From: Macrostomum lignano
Lineage: Eukaryota
Reading direction: 5' to 3'
DNA: 64,000 nt
NCBI GenBank assembly: GCA_002269645.1
Contig: NIVC01003993.1
Span: 2,038-66,037 of the forward strand
The notes below the pieces were generated by a model. That model worked only from the letters and a program-made list of their open reading frames with translations, did not search any database and was not told the DNA's origin. The position numbers were made by a program, and so were the translations under genes. This document shows positions 1 to 13,156 of this stretch, piece by piece; the stretch's first letter is position 1; each line of letters opens with the position of its first letter.

Positions 1-95
1 CGTTGCAAAGGTTGTGTCTGTAAAACAAAATCAATATTTATCAATCAAAACTGACTATCCTTGTTTGATTAAAACAATAAACTTTGCTAACTCAC

Positions 96-666
96 GTTTG
101 AGTTGCTTGAAAGCCGGATTGCGTAGGTCCAGCCATTTCTGAGTAAAAATTGAATAAACCAACGAGAGTATTTGACGCAATTTGTTGAAAAAGGCTAAAA
201 AAATTCAAACACCTGTAAATAATCAGTTCCTACAGGCCTTACCGTCTGATTGTCTGTACTAATATACTGTAGTCCAAAATAGTCCTTCTCCTGCAGGTTG
301 CCAATCTGCTCAGACACCTGGTCTAGCACCCTTGGCCAAGGATGTCGCGCTGAAGCAGGAGGCAAGTAAAGAGAGCTGGTAACGTATGTGTTGAAAATAA
401 GCATGAAAAGTCCCATGGCCAAAAGCCACAAGTCAGACAGGCAGGCACTCATCTTCAGAACAGAATAATATCTAAATTCATAATTCTATAAGTGTTAGCA
501 CAAGTTGAATCGAACCCGGGACCTCTGGTTGCAGCAATATTCCACTTACGTGAAACTTCAGTTCCAACGGTTGGTCATCGTGCAGCAGCTTAACCTCGCA
601 GCTCCACTCGTCTGTTCGCTTGCCCCGGCTGCTCCCGCTCCGGCTTCGCTTAAGCAACGATGGCAT
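96..666 (-). CDS. FERM (band 4.1) domain protein, 5' exons 666-550, 349-243, 138-96; gene continues off the left edge
   Basis: GT-AG exons give MPSLL..CEVKLLHDDQPLELKFH|RDILGQ.VLDQVSEQIGNLQEKDYFGLQYISTDNQT|KWLDLRNPAFKQLK, matching the FERM-N motifs EKDYFGLQY and WLD..K...KQL. Exon 2 is 107 nt and needs one extra base near 330 to stay in frame. Confidence 0.88.
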
Positions 667-3600
667 TTGAGCTCGAAAAAGGAATACAATAATTAGACTG
701 CGACTTTGCTGTCAGATGCATGCAGTAGGTTTTTAATTTATTAGTCAGGAAAATTTTAAGTTTGAGTAAAATTTTTGTCAGCTGATTGCTTATGAATTAG
801 CAAGGACTCTAGTGTTTCAATCGATATTTGAAACACTAGAGTATAATTTTTGGAATAAAACAGTTGAAAATTAATTTGTTCACATAAAATATTGTGTATA
901 TTGATTGATTGATAAGAGGCATTGGCTGAACTCTTAGTATATATCTTAAATATAGTTTTTGTGTATATATAATTTAACTGAAAGGATAAGCTAACAATAT
1001 GTATATGCGTTAATTTTTTAGGAATCTTTTTTAAAATATTGTGAGAAATTTAGTCCTAAAATATAATTTTATTACGAACCATAATCAATAATGTATATTT
1101 TATTTAAATACAAAATGCACTAGATTGCAGGGGAAAAATAAAGAATGTTTGGCAAAAAATGAATGACAGAATAAAATTAAACTGGCTATTTAAATTTTTA
1201 GAAATTTTATCTACAGGCAAAACTATGGTTAAATAAATGATTATAATGTAAAATTTGTAAAATTATTGCTTTTCTTGGCCTTCATTTTAAAAAAGTCAAA
1301 ATCAGATAGTCTAATAGAAAGGTGTAATTATATCATTTCTCCTTTTATATAGCTTGGCCCGATTTCTAAGTTTTGAATACAATAATTAACACCACCATCC
1401 ACCAATTAACTCATTAACACTCTTGTCAGGACTGGTTTCTTTCATAATATAGTATTTCCAATATACATTTGTATTATACAGTGATTTTATACTATAAAAA
1501 TGAACCTGACGAGGGAGGAGTTTTGTAAGATTATGCTATTTTTTCGTTTTTTTAACCTACTGTACGCTCGTAGACGAACATGCGGCACATGCAAATTCAT
1601 TTCTAAGGACAAATTACAAGTTAAAAATGTAACATTTCTGGGCTACATAGCCGCCAAACAAATTTAAAATAACTGTTTTAAAGTTTATTAAAAAACCGTT
1701 TTAAAAAAAGTTTCTATAAATAAGGTTTAACTTCGATGGTATTTTAAAGCAACATTTTTTTCTAGGCAAAACCGTTTTGTTTTATCTTAAAGTGAGCACG
1801 AAAAATGAAATAAGATTTTACGCGACTATTTTTACTACCACGGCTCGTTACATTCTGATTATGTAATTACAACAGTAGGCTTCCTAGCAGTAGTATGCAC
1901 GTATGATCACGCATTAGTTAGTCCAGTGTACCTGTTTTAAACTACGGACTTACATGTAAATAGAATTATTATTCACTTCATTTTCTATTTCTTACCCACG
2001 GTTATTTCATAAAAATCTCAGAAAAGGCTAATTGAAAACTTGTTCTTCTGGCCTTCACGGATGCAAATATAAAATTCACGTTTGCAGTCAGTCAGTCAGT
2101 TTTTAGGAGAGCAGATTCTGCAGCAATTGAATTTTTCACTTTGTTAATGCAAATTATGGACAATTTCAAAAGCCTTTTATGATAAATGATTATGGGAAAC
2201 TTGGAGACTTTCATCGATTGTTTTTTATTTAAATTTACCTATTTCATCTCAGGACTGATAACTTACCTAACAAAAAAATCACTGTGCAATGCAATTTTTA
2301 TGCATAAAATACACTGTACACAGTGTAAAGTGTATGGAATACACGTGCAAAATTTACAAACAGATAACAATGTAGAGCTTCTCGACGAATTTTTCTATGA
2401 AGGCTTCTAAAATCTGTCAAAAGGGAAAATTAGCCATAAGTATTTAAGTCTTACTCATTGTATTTTACGATCGTATCGAAAGATAATTTACAAGAAGTAT
2501 TTCCTTTGAAACGATAGTACGATTAATTGCTATAAAATTAATGCTAATAGTTTTTACGTCATAATCCAGCTAATTGACTGCTAAAAAGTATCGTCAATCC
2601 ATGATGCCTCACACTCAGTAACAGTGGCCTGACCAATAGCAGTACTGTTGGCATCCATAATTTCTTTACGCCTCAATGCAGCGGATCTAGAAGCGGTAAA
2701 AATTAAATCGCGATTCGCAAAGCGTCGCGACAGGCTATAACCGGTGTAGTCATGGAAACCAACCCGGTGGCAATAGAGCGAATTAGACAAAGACGCAGAC
2801 TGAGAAGACCCGGCTGCTCGAGATCGCCTAGTCCGCAGCCCCGAAGCAGTTCGCATAGTCGCCAAGGCTTCAAACGCCGTCGTTTTCTTGACTTGCCGGT
2901 CCCCTTGTCCATTTCGGCTCCTGAGGAGCTGTCCTCCCTCAGGTCGTTGGTGCTATCGCATCTGCTACTGCTGCTACTGCTTCTGCTGCTACTCTTCCCT
3001 CGGTAGGCTTTGTTTCCACACGTACTTTCGACTACGGGCGTTTTTATACGCAATCTTGATCGCCTTGGTGAGTGTCTACTATCTACTTCTGTCGTCTTGG
3101 TAGTGCGCGTCTTCGTAGAGTAGGCAGTACTGGCTGCAGGTCGGTCCTGGGGTCTCTCGCGCGACTTAAGTCGAGTTGGGTAGCGATGGCATAGGCTGGC
3201 GTACTCTAGCTGCGTTGAGACTCTCTACGCGTGGTTCGGTATGAGAACAGAATTTTTTTACATTTGAAACAATAAGCCAAGCGAAAAACTTTCCGTTGTT
3301 AGTTTTCCGAACTAAAATAACTTTTTTCTAAATGGAAACCTCATTAAAACAAACATACATGCACATACGCTCGCATCAAACCGTAAAAAATAAGTTTTAG
3401 CGTCCTTGAAAAACGCATAGATTCTCTGTTGTTTTGTGATTCATAAAGCCGGATAGATGTACGTCGTATTAGAATAATGCGATTGCAGCTCAATGGCTGT
3501 AACCATTACATGTATATACAATAAATAAAACAAACATATTTCTTACATGCAGCGTGTAGGTTGGCAAAAGTGGAGGGAGTCTAACGTCAGTAAACCTGAC

Positions 3601-4044
3601 ATTGGGAGACCGAATCTCCGACATGACGTCGACTTACTGGACTAGTTTTTTCAAACTCCTAAAGCTGAGTATTTTCTGCCTATCCATATAAATAAATTGG
3701 GGATGAAATGAACCACAGCTCAAGGCGACTGCCACAGTTTCGGGATAGGCAGAGACGCAGCACTCATTCATTCATCAAGTTCCATCGCGCAGTTTGCGGA
3801 GACGTATTGTTACACTATGCGCGGAAAAGGAAGTTGAGATGCTCTGCTCTTCTCTTGCTTTTCTTTCTTCTGCTGCAATGCAAATTCTGCATTGAGTCTG
3901 CTGTCTGAAATTTGGCAGGTCTGCGAGTGGCAGTCAATGGCAACCTTTGAGAGGGCTGTGCGATGGAGCTTTTCTCTGGCCAACATATGGGCCATTTAGG
4001 TCAGTGAAATACCGTTACTCAAAAAGCAATGTGCCGCCTAAAGG

Positions 4045-4580
<536 letters not shown>

Positions 4581-4999
4581 TTGTGTGTAATGTATTAAAT
4601 AATCGATTTAATAGTCACTGATAATAGAGTAAATTCATTAAGTATAGAATTATTTCCTAACCGCAGGAATAATGATTTAACAGATTTGTTTTGAAATGTA
4701 GGATTTTAACAGCTATACTTCATAGTGTAATAAATTTTTTAGCTGCAGGTCGCGTGGTCATAGGCAGTGGTCGATCTTGTACCAAATTGAATGAGTTAGT
4801 TTGTGCTATGAGTGCAACAAGTAAAGAAACATATTTCTAGTAAAGAACAAAAAACCTAGCAAAAACGGATCATGGAATTGAATTTTTCGTTAACAACGGA
4901 ACTGAGGATGTAAGGACAAAATATTTCATTGAACAACTCAAGAGCTTGCGGTACAGATGTTCACGGATTCAACCAGAACAAACTGGAACGCACCAAGCA

Positions 5000-5466
5000 C
5001 TAGCGCTCATTCCCTGCTGATAAACGGACTCGAATGGCGGCGCGGTCCGATATTGTAACCCGATACCGGCAAAACAAAAACGTGGCTCCAACGCTCACGG
5101 CAGCCAGAACGCAGGCCAAAGTAGCCGACGAAAGCAGGAAATGCCCCCTCAGCCGGAAGCTCTTCGACACTGGCTGGTCGCCGCCGAGCCAACACGCAGC
5201 CGGATCGCAATTCGTCCATCGCTGCGCTTCGCCAACGCAGAAGTCGTGCGGCGTAGCGTTGCCCAGCACGCGTTTGTTGATGCAGCTGCGCAGCGAAATG
5301 GAACGCCTGTTGCCGTTGGCGTTGCCGCACTCCGGCCGGCAGCGGTCCCACTGCGACCAGGGACTCCAAATGCCAGTCCATTGTGCGCAAGTTGGCCCGC
5401 TGTAGCCAGAGTTACATTTGCAACGACCTGAATAGCAAGCAGGCGTGGAAATGCACATATTTCCAC
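5000..5466 (-). CDS. Terminal exon: EGF-like + thrombospondin type-1 repeat + transmembrane helix + short cytoplasmic tail
   Basis: CKCNSGYSGPTC (EGF), WSPWSQWDRCRPECG..RS..RSC..C.G......C (TSP1), hydrophobic FLLSSATLACVLAAVSVGATFLFC followed by RYR; acceptor CATTAG at 5467. Confidence 0.85.
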
Positions 5467-5467
5467 C

Positions 5468-6630
5468 TAATGACCACCTAATGACCAGACACATCTAATG
5501 ACCACAGAGACACAGGCACCGAGTGCAAAGACACAGCTAATGACCGCAGAGACACACAGGCACCGAGTGCAAAGACACACCTAATGACCGCAGAGACACA
5601 GACACCGAGTGCAAAGACACACCTAATGACCACAGAGACACAGACCGAGTGCAAAGACACACCTAATGACCACAGAGACACAGGCACCGAGTGCAAAGAC
5701 ACAGCTAATGACTGCAGAGACACAGGCACCGAGTGCAAAGACACACCTAATGACCGCAGAGACACAGGCACCGAGTGCAAAGACACACCTAATGACCACA
5801 GAGACACAGGCACCGAGTGCAAAGACACACCTAATGACCACAGAGACACAGACACGAGTGCAAAGACACAGGTAATGACCACAGAGACAGAGCACGAGTG
5901 CAAAGACACAGCTAATGACCGCAGAGACACAGGCACCGAGTGCAAAGACACACCTAATGACCACAGAGACACAGGCACCGAGTGCAAAGACACACCTAAT
6001 GACCACAGAGACACAGGCCCGAGTGCAAAGACACACCTAATGACCAGAGAGACACAGACACCGAGTGCAAAGACACAGCTAATGACCGCAGAGACACAGA
6101 CACCGAGTACAAAGACACACCTAATGACCACAGAGACACAGACACCGAGTGCAAAGACACAGCTAATGACCACAGAGACACAGGCACCGAGTGCAAAGAC
6201 ACACCTAATGACCACAGAGACACAGGCACCGAGTGCAAAGACACAGCTAATGACCGCAGAGACACAGGCACCGAGTGCAAAGACACAGCTAATGACCGCA
6301 GAGACACAGGCACCGAGTGCAAAGACACAGCTAATGACCACAGAGACACAGGCACCGAGTGCAAAGACACACCTAATGACCACAGAGACACAGGCACCGA
6401 GTGCAAAGACACACCTAATGACCACAGAGACACAGGCACCGAGTGCAAAGACACACCTAATGACCACAGAGACACAGGCACCGAGTGCAAAGACACACCT
6501 AATGACCACAGAGACACAGGCACCGAGTGCAAAGACACATCTAATGACCACAGAGATACAGGCCCCAAATGCAAAGACACATCTAATGACAACAGAGACA
6601 CAGGCACCGAACACACATGAGCTCACCATA
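5468..6630. repeat. Intronic 42-bp minisatellite (CTAATGACCACAGAGACACAGGCACCGAGTGCAAAGACACAC), ~27 copies
   Basis: Tandem units read directly; they generate the spurious TETQAPSAK-type ORFs. Confidence 0.97.
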
Positions 6631-6729
6631 GAGACACTTCTATCAAGTCATTCATAAGTCAGAACTTTGTTCTACCCTAATAAACATAAAAAAACGCAAT
6701 GAACTTGCATAAATTTCCAATTTTCGACG

Positions 6730-6888
6730 AAATGAAATATCCATTGATGCAGTTCATTGACAGGCACACGTTCCTATAGGCAGCGCAGTTATCGTAGGCT
6801 AGAGCTAGGTCCGAGCTCGTTGAAACGAGCAGACGCACTCCAATTGGGATCGAGTTACTCATTTTGCTCCTACGACAAGTTCCCAGGT
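6730..6888 (-). CDS. Probable internal Cys-rich exon of the EGF/TSP1 gene
   Basis: Acceptor TTTCAG at ~6889 followed by DLGTCRR..YDNCAAYRNVCLSMNCING; 3' boundary uncertain. Confidence 0.5.
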
Positions 6889-6979
6889 CTGAAACATCAA
6901 GGAATGGATGAAAGCTTTCAGAAGAGATAGAATTCATGTCTCACTAGGATTCATAGTCAGATAGGATTCGCGTCAGATC

Positions 6980-7995
6980 GTGCTTCTTCATGTACCGATG
7001 GAAGTTGTGTCAGCTTCTTCATGTACCGATGGAAGTTGTGTCAGCTTCTTCATGTACGATGGAAGTTGTGTCAGCTTCTTCATGTACCGATGGAAGTTGC
7101 GTCAGCTTCTTCATGTACCGATGGAAGTTGTGTCCGCTTCTTCATGTACCGATGGAAGTTGTGTCGCTTCTTCATGTACCGATGGAAGTTGTGTCAGCTT
7201 CTTCATGTACCGATGGAAGTTGTGTCAGCTTCTTCATGTACCGATGGAAGTTGTGTCAGCTTCTTCATGTACCGATGGAAGTTGTGTCAGCTTCTTCATG
7301 TACGATGGAAGTTGTGTCAGCTTCTTCATGTACCGATGGAAGTTGTGTCCGCTTCTTCATGTACTGATGGAAGTTGTGTCAGCTTCTTCATGTACCGATG
7401 GAAGTTGTGTCCGCTTCTTCATGTACCGATGGAAGTTGTGTCCGCTTCTTCATGTACCGATGGAAGTTGTGTCAGCTTCTTCATGTACTGATGATATTTG
7501 TGTCAGCTTCTTCATGTACTGATGATATTTGTGTCAGCTTCTTCATGTACTGATGATATTTGTGTCAGCTTCTTCATGTACCGATGGAAGTTGTGTCAGC
7601 TTCTTCATGTACTGATGATATTTGTGTCAGCTTCTTCATGTACCGATGGAAGTTGTGTCAGCTTCTTCATGTACTGATGATATTTGTGTCAGCTTCTTCA
7701 TGTACCGATGGAAGTTGTGTCAGCTTCTTCATGTACTGATGATATTTGTGTCAGCTTCTTCATGTACCGATGGAAGTTGTGTCAGCTTCTTCATGTACCG
7801 ATGGAAGTTGTGTCAGCTTCTTCATGTACCGATGGAAGTTGTGTCAGCTTCTTCATGTACTGATGATATTTGTGTCAGCTTCTTCATGTACCGATGGAAG
7901 TTGTGTCAGCTTCTTCATGTACCGATGGAAGTTGTATCAGCTTCTTCATGTACCGATGGAAGTTGTATCAGCTTCTTCATGTACCGATGAAAGTT
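6980..7995. repeat. Intronic 31-bp minisatellite (CTTCTTCATGTACCGATGGAAGTTGTGTCAG), ~32 copies
   Basis: Tandem units with two recurring variants (CCGATGGAAG and CTGATGATAT). Confidence 0.97.
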
Positions 7996-8081
7996 GTGTC
8001 CGTTTATTTATGTCCCGATGGTCACATCACGTGCATCAAAGCCTAATAAAATCTGGCAAAGCAAATTTCACACGCACTTAC

Positions 8082-8450
8082 CATCATACGTGGCGCATGC
8101 GAAGTTCCCTGACACCCTGTGCAACGGATGCCGATCGTGCACGGATCGGCCAGACGTTCACAACGACTGCCGCCGTAGCCTTCTTTACAGACGCAGATCG
8201 TCTCAGTTTCTGCTTCCGCCTCCGTGCCGTTCTTTCCAACTTTGGTCACGCGACTCTCGCAGTACAGTGTGTATCGTGGCGAACAGGGATACTCAGAGGA
8301 GTCGCGCGGCCGGTTGCACAGCAGCTGGGGAACGCAATCGTGAGTGCTTCTCGACAGTAGTGACCAGCCTTGCATATGCACTCGTATGAATCGGCCCACA
8401 AGCCTGACTGGCTGATTGTGCATCTGCTCGGGTGCAAGGTGGGTAAAGTG
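8082..8450 (-). CDS. Internal exon with EGF-like repeats (contains apparent frameshifts)
   Basis: ECICKAGHY and [20 protein letters not shown] motifs lie in different frames; donor ATG|GTAAGT at 8081. Confidence 0.7.
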
Positions 8451-8451
8451 G

Positions 8452-8890
<439 letters not shown>

Positions 8891-9176
8891 TATGGCATAA
8901 TTAGTCTCACTGTCCATTCTCGGAGTTCTTCACCCGCTTGCAGCGGGCATTGGCGCAAGGATCGGGCAGAAGGCCTCCAAAAACCAACTGAACATGAGCG
9001 GCACAATTTCGTCAGAAGCGTTGAACTTATTGGCCAACGAAGACAACCGGTGGGCCCAGTGGCAGGAGATAAAGCAGACGTGACCATTGTAAAATAGGTC
9101 CGATCGCAATTTACTGTCGTCGGTACCCTTCTCGAGTAGATGTTGTGCCGAAAATAGTGCAGCAGTGAAGCTTTAA

Positions 9177-9773
9177 GTTAGAGTAAACATCCGGTTAGAG
9201 CAAACATCCGGTTAGAGCAAACATCCGGTTAGAGCAAAAATCCGGTTAGAGCAAACATCCGGTTAGAGCAAACATCCACTAGAGCAACATCCGGTTAGAG
9301 CAAAATCCGGTTAGAGCAAACATCCGGTTAGAGCAAACATCCGGTTAGAGCAAACATCTGGTTAGAGCAAACATCCGGTTAGAGCAAACATCAACTAGAG
9401 CAAACATCCGGTTAGAGTAAACATCCGGTTAGAGCAAACATCGGTTAGAGCAAACATCCGGTTAGAGCAAACATCTGGTTAGAGCAAACATCCGGTTAGA
9501 GCAACATCCAACTAGAGCAAACATCCGGTTAGAGTAAACATCCGGTTAGAGCAAACATCCGGTTAGAGCAAACATCCGGTTAGAGCAAACATCCGGTTAG
9601 AGCAAACATCCGGTTAGAGAAAGCATCCGGTTAGAGAAAACATCCGTTAGAGTAAACAACCGGTTAGAGCAGATCCGGTTAGAGCAAACAACCGGTTAGA
9701 GCAAACAACGGTTAGAGCAGATATCCGGTTAGAGCAAACAACCGGTTAGAGCAGATATCCTGTTAGAGCAAAC
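9177..9773. repeat. 17-bp minisatellite (GTTAGAGCAAACATCCG), ~35 copies
   Basis: Tandem units read directly. Confidence 0.97.
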
Positions 9774-9815
9774 AAACCAATTAAACAAAATATGTAGGCA
9801 CAAATACAAAACTAC

Positions 9816-10260
9816 TCACTGCGTCATCATATAGGAAGTCCAGTTAAGCTTGAACTGGATTGGATCCCGTCTAACGGTGACTTCACCGCCCCAACTTTTT
9901 AGGAAATCTTCCGCCAAATTGGCTAGCACGTTGAGTATGTAGTCAGGTATGTCGGGTTCCATTGAGCTTTTAACAAAATTCTGCACCACTTTGGTAATGC
10001 TCTTTCTGTAACTAAGCTGAGTGACCCGGATGGTTTCACGAGTGTAATTGCAAGCCCGATTAGTGATTTCTCTGTACGGGTTTTGACGCAAATCTGGTAG
10101 ATAGCATGCTCTGTTTACATCCAGCAGTTTCGTTACGCTGATATTTAATAGATCATAGAAGCGACCCATCTGCTCATGTCCAGCTTGTACGGCCGCAAAT
10201 TGGCGCTGACGAACTCTGGAGTGAAGCCCCCATATTGACTGGTTGGACAGGCGAATGACA
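9816..10260 (-). CDS. Putative internal exon of the same receptor-like gene; no domain recognised
   Basis: Open reading frame of natural composition in non-repetitive sequence between the first exon and the EGF exons; boundaries uncertain. Confidence 0.4.
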
Positions 10261-10741
10261 GGTAGGCTGGCGGGATGCCGCCCACCGGCCTTTGGCTCAC
10301 TCGGCGATAAGCTTGGATGTCGAAAATTTTTAGAGGCTTGGTCGATCTGAAAGCGGTTGGAATTAGGCGAATGAGGTTTGTTTTGGTACTTTAGTCTTTA
10401 ACTACTGCCATTTTTGTCACACCGCTGACGTTGCTTGTTGCGATAGACTCTGTTCTGTCCCACGTTCAATTAAGCGCGTGGAGCGCAGCCTTTTTATTAA
10501 ATAACCTTCTGCTCTACTAGCGCCCAGTATCTACAGTTTGTTCTTGTGCATGCTGGTGGTTGCAGAAAATTTTCGATTCTACGTTCGCTGGCATAACACA
10601 TTAATGTCGATAAAAGCTTTACAAGACTCAGTCAGTGGAATCTTTTAGTGCTACATTTGAGCTCTAACGTATCTTCGGCCAAACGACGTCAAAGAAAATC
10701 AGCGTTTCAAACTATTAATTTATAACAAATTTTACTCTTAC

Positions 10742-12013
10742 CGAATTGCCAGAAAGAGTGCGTGCTGCGATCTGCAAGCTTGATTCAGCATGATTTCTTC
10801 CATTCCAATTGTAGTTCTGGTCAACAGGTTGGAAAACCTGCCGCAGACTGTCCAGTACTTCCAGGATATTAACTTATTGTACCAATCGACCTTTTTGTTC
10901 GCTGATTTGAATTGGTACCGCCTGCCAGAAGCTGAGGTAAACAGTGAGTCAGGTGTGCTTGTCATATCCGCCGCGGCTAACAGCTCAGCGCCTTCCAAGC
11001 CCTTCAAACCAAAGTCAGATTTTCCAAGGTTTGTGGTTGTACCAAAGCTTGCAGCTGGTCGTTTTTTCAGTAATCACCGTCTGCAGCTTCTTCGACTTCT
11101 CAGAAGAACGAAACGTCATCGGATCGACGCTTTTGCCAACAATGCACATGAATCCTTTGTTAAAGTAGCGACCGACTATCATAGTGAGCGTTCCTATTAG
11201 GTAGAGGTCAGATTTGGCGTAATCCTGGCACACAACGGAATCGTTAACCGACAATATCTGCCAGTCAAGAAGATAAACTGTAGAAACTCTAGTCTTTTTG
11301 CTGTAGTTGATTCGATCAAAATCTTTACGTTTCATGTCCCGCAATAAGGTTGGACTGATTGAACGAACGGTAACGTGAGTGACTAGAGCTTGGTAGGGTA
11401 GTTCAATTATTATCCAATGGTAGCCTGCATCCACGGCCGAATACTTTTTCTCGTGCGATGCGTAAGTATTGACGTCATCGTCCACGGCCATCTGCGGCCC
11501 GTACTGTGATAGCGACTCATCCGAGACGCTTGACATCCAGGCGCGTGTATTTAACAGAGGTACCTCCTCGTACTGGATGCCCGCATGGTCAATCTTTCGT
11601 TGATCTATTTTCTGTCGACAGGCTAGCGAGATGCAGGCCCGGGCAGTGTAGCCCATAGTGCTGCAACCCGAGCCATAGGCTATACGCTGAGGAGACGGCA
11701 ACTCCTCGTACAGTAAGTAGCACTTATGACAAACGCACTGGTTAGGATCGGACAGCGACAGAAAGTGCACGCTGACGCACCTCTTGTCGTAGGCGCACCA
11801 ATTTAAGCAGTCTTGCAAGAATATACTATTGCAGTAGTGCTTGCCGGCTTTTGAGAGTCGTGTTTTCGTAAACGGCGTCTCCTGGCCTAGTCCGGGCATG
11901 CACGATAGCTGAATTAAGTCGCTGTGATCGCATGCGAAGATATTGTTAGTTGTCTGTTTCGCTTGCAATAAAATAAGTGATTGTGCCGCTAAAAATGACC
12001 ACAGTAAGAACAT
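10742..12013 (-). CDS. Large first exon: signal peptide + PAN/apple-like domain + F5/8 type C (discoidin/fucolectin-like) domain
   Basis: MFLLWSFLAAQSLILLQA signal; CLNWCAYDKRCVSVHF (PAN); AWMSS..YGPQMAVDDDVNTYASH..HWIIIELP...VTHVTV (F5/8C). The 332-aa ORF stops at 11015, but coding-like sequence continues in another frame to a GTAAGA donor at ~10741. Confidence 0.75.
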
Positions 12014-12020
12014 GGTTTAA

Positions 12021-12466
12021 TATACCTTTTAACAGTGTTGTTGGGCATAAGTGAAATTTATCTAGTCCAAGTGCTCCTACCACTGAGCGAAGTGAGTTTG
12101 ATTTAGTCGCTTCAATTAGCTTGCAGCCATAGACGGTGAATTCAATATAGTCGTTTTTAGCGCGCGCAACGAGATCGTGACTTTTATTTAGTCAAAGTGA
12201 AATGAATATGGTCAACGAGATCGTAAACTTTCAAATTCTATAGCCAAACAAGAACTCTAAGCGGACTAAATAAATTTCACTACGACTAACTTTAAGTCAC
12301 GGTAAGCTCAGCGCTAAGCAAGAGTGACCAAATATATTTCACTTTTCCTCAATCGTCTATGGCCAAAATCAACAGCTAGACTATATCAAACTCACTTCAC
12401 TCAGTGGTAGGAACACTTGGACTAAATAAATTTCACTTATGCCCAACAACACTGTTAAAAGGTATA
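12021..12466. mobile_element. MITE with 88-bp terminal inverted repeats and TA ends (Tc1/mariner type)
   Basis: 12021-12108 versus 12379-12466, 4 mismatches; the TATACCTTT terminus is shared with the element at 29000-30024. Confidence 0.88.
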
Positions 12467-13156
12467 GTATCAAGTCAACTTGGCTTAGCAAAGAAGTAAA
12501 AACTGATCTGTCGGGTCGGACAAACTTTCGCACCATAATAAATAGCCAGTGTCTCTGCTTTATAGCCATAGACAACTCGGGACTCCGTATGTTAAGGCGG
12601 ATACAATTCACTCTTGCTGAGTCCAATAGGAATGAGCCATGTGTGCATGGTACCAAGAATTTCGACCATAGACATGTGTGGCTTGTAGCAAAAGCCTCAC
12701 CTCCTTGGTGCAGATTGGCGCATAAAACTATAATACAAGTAATACAAAACTTTGCAAAGCTGCTGTACTTTTTGACTTTATAGAACTGTTCTACTCGTAG
12801 AATGCATACAAAGCTTTATATATTATGCTTAATAAGACTGGTATTGCGAAGCTTTTTTGCTGAAGAAACCACGCAACAGTATTCCTTCTGCTTCCCTGCC
12901 TTATTAAGGAACCAATTCCAGTAAAACAAAAGGCCCTCCGCCATCGCTTCTCTGAAATATTCACCCAATTAAAGAGAAAATGCATCACTTCTGCTTGTTT
13001 AAAGAGCTGTTTTTTCAGAAAATTGGCTCCACATTTTGCAGAATAGATTATTAGGAGTAGAATTGGTGTCTGTACAGCACTGGCGCGCTTGCATGTGCTC
13101 AAGATGTAGAGTGTTCTACCTCCCGTAAAAAGTAAAGTGTTAATCATAGAATGCTA

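Noticed and set aside
2581-3250. GC-richer patch with several overlapping ORFs, one with an HD..Y..AN stretch vaguely like viral PLA2
   Set aside because: The motif spacing does not fit and no frame gives a recognisable protein; left unannotated.
5478-7990. 200-380-aa repetitive ORFs resembling mucin or adhesive proteins (also 55193-56608 N-part, 57908-59185, 59642-61012)
   Set aside because: They lie in introns bounded by splice sites of identifiable genes, are open on both strands, and follow from unit lengths and base composition.
9177-9773. CRISPR-like appearance of short regular repeats (also the 28-35-bp arrays)
   Set aside because: Units are head-to-tail with no unique spacers, there are no cas genes, and the context is eukaryotic.
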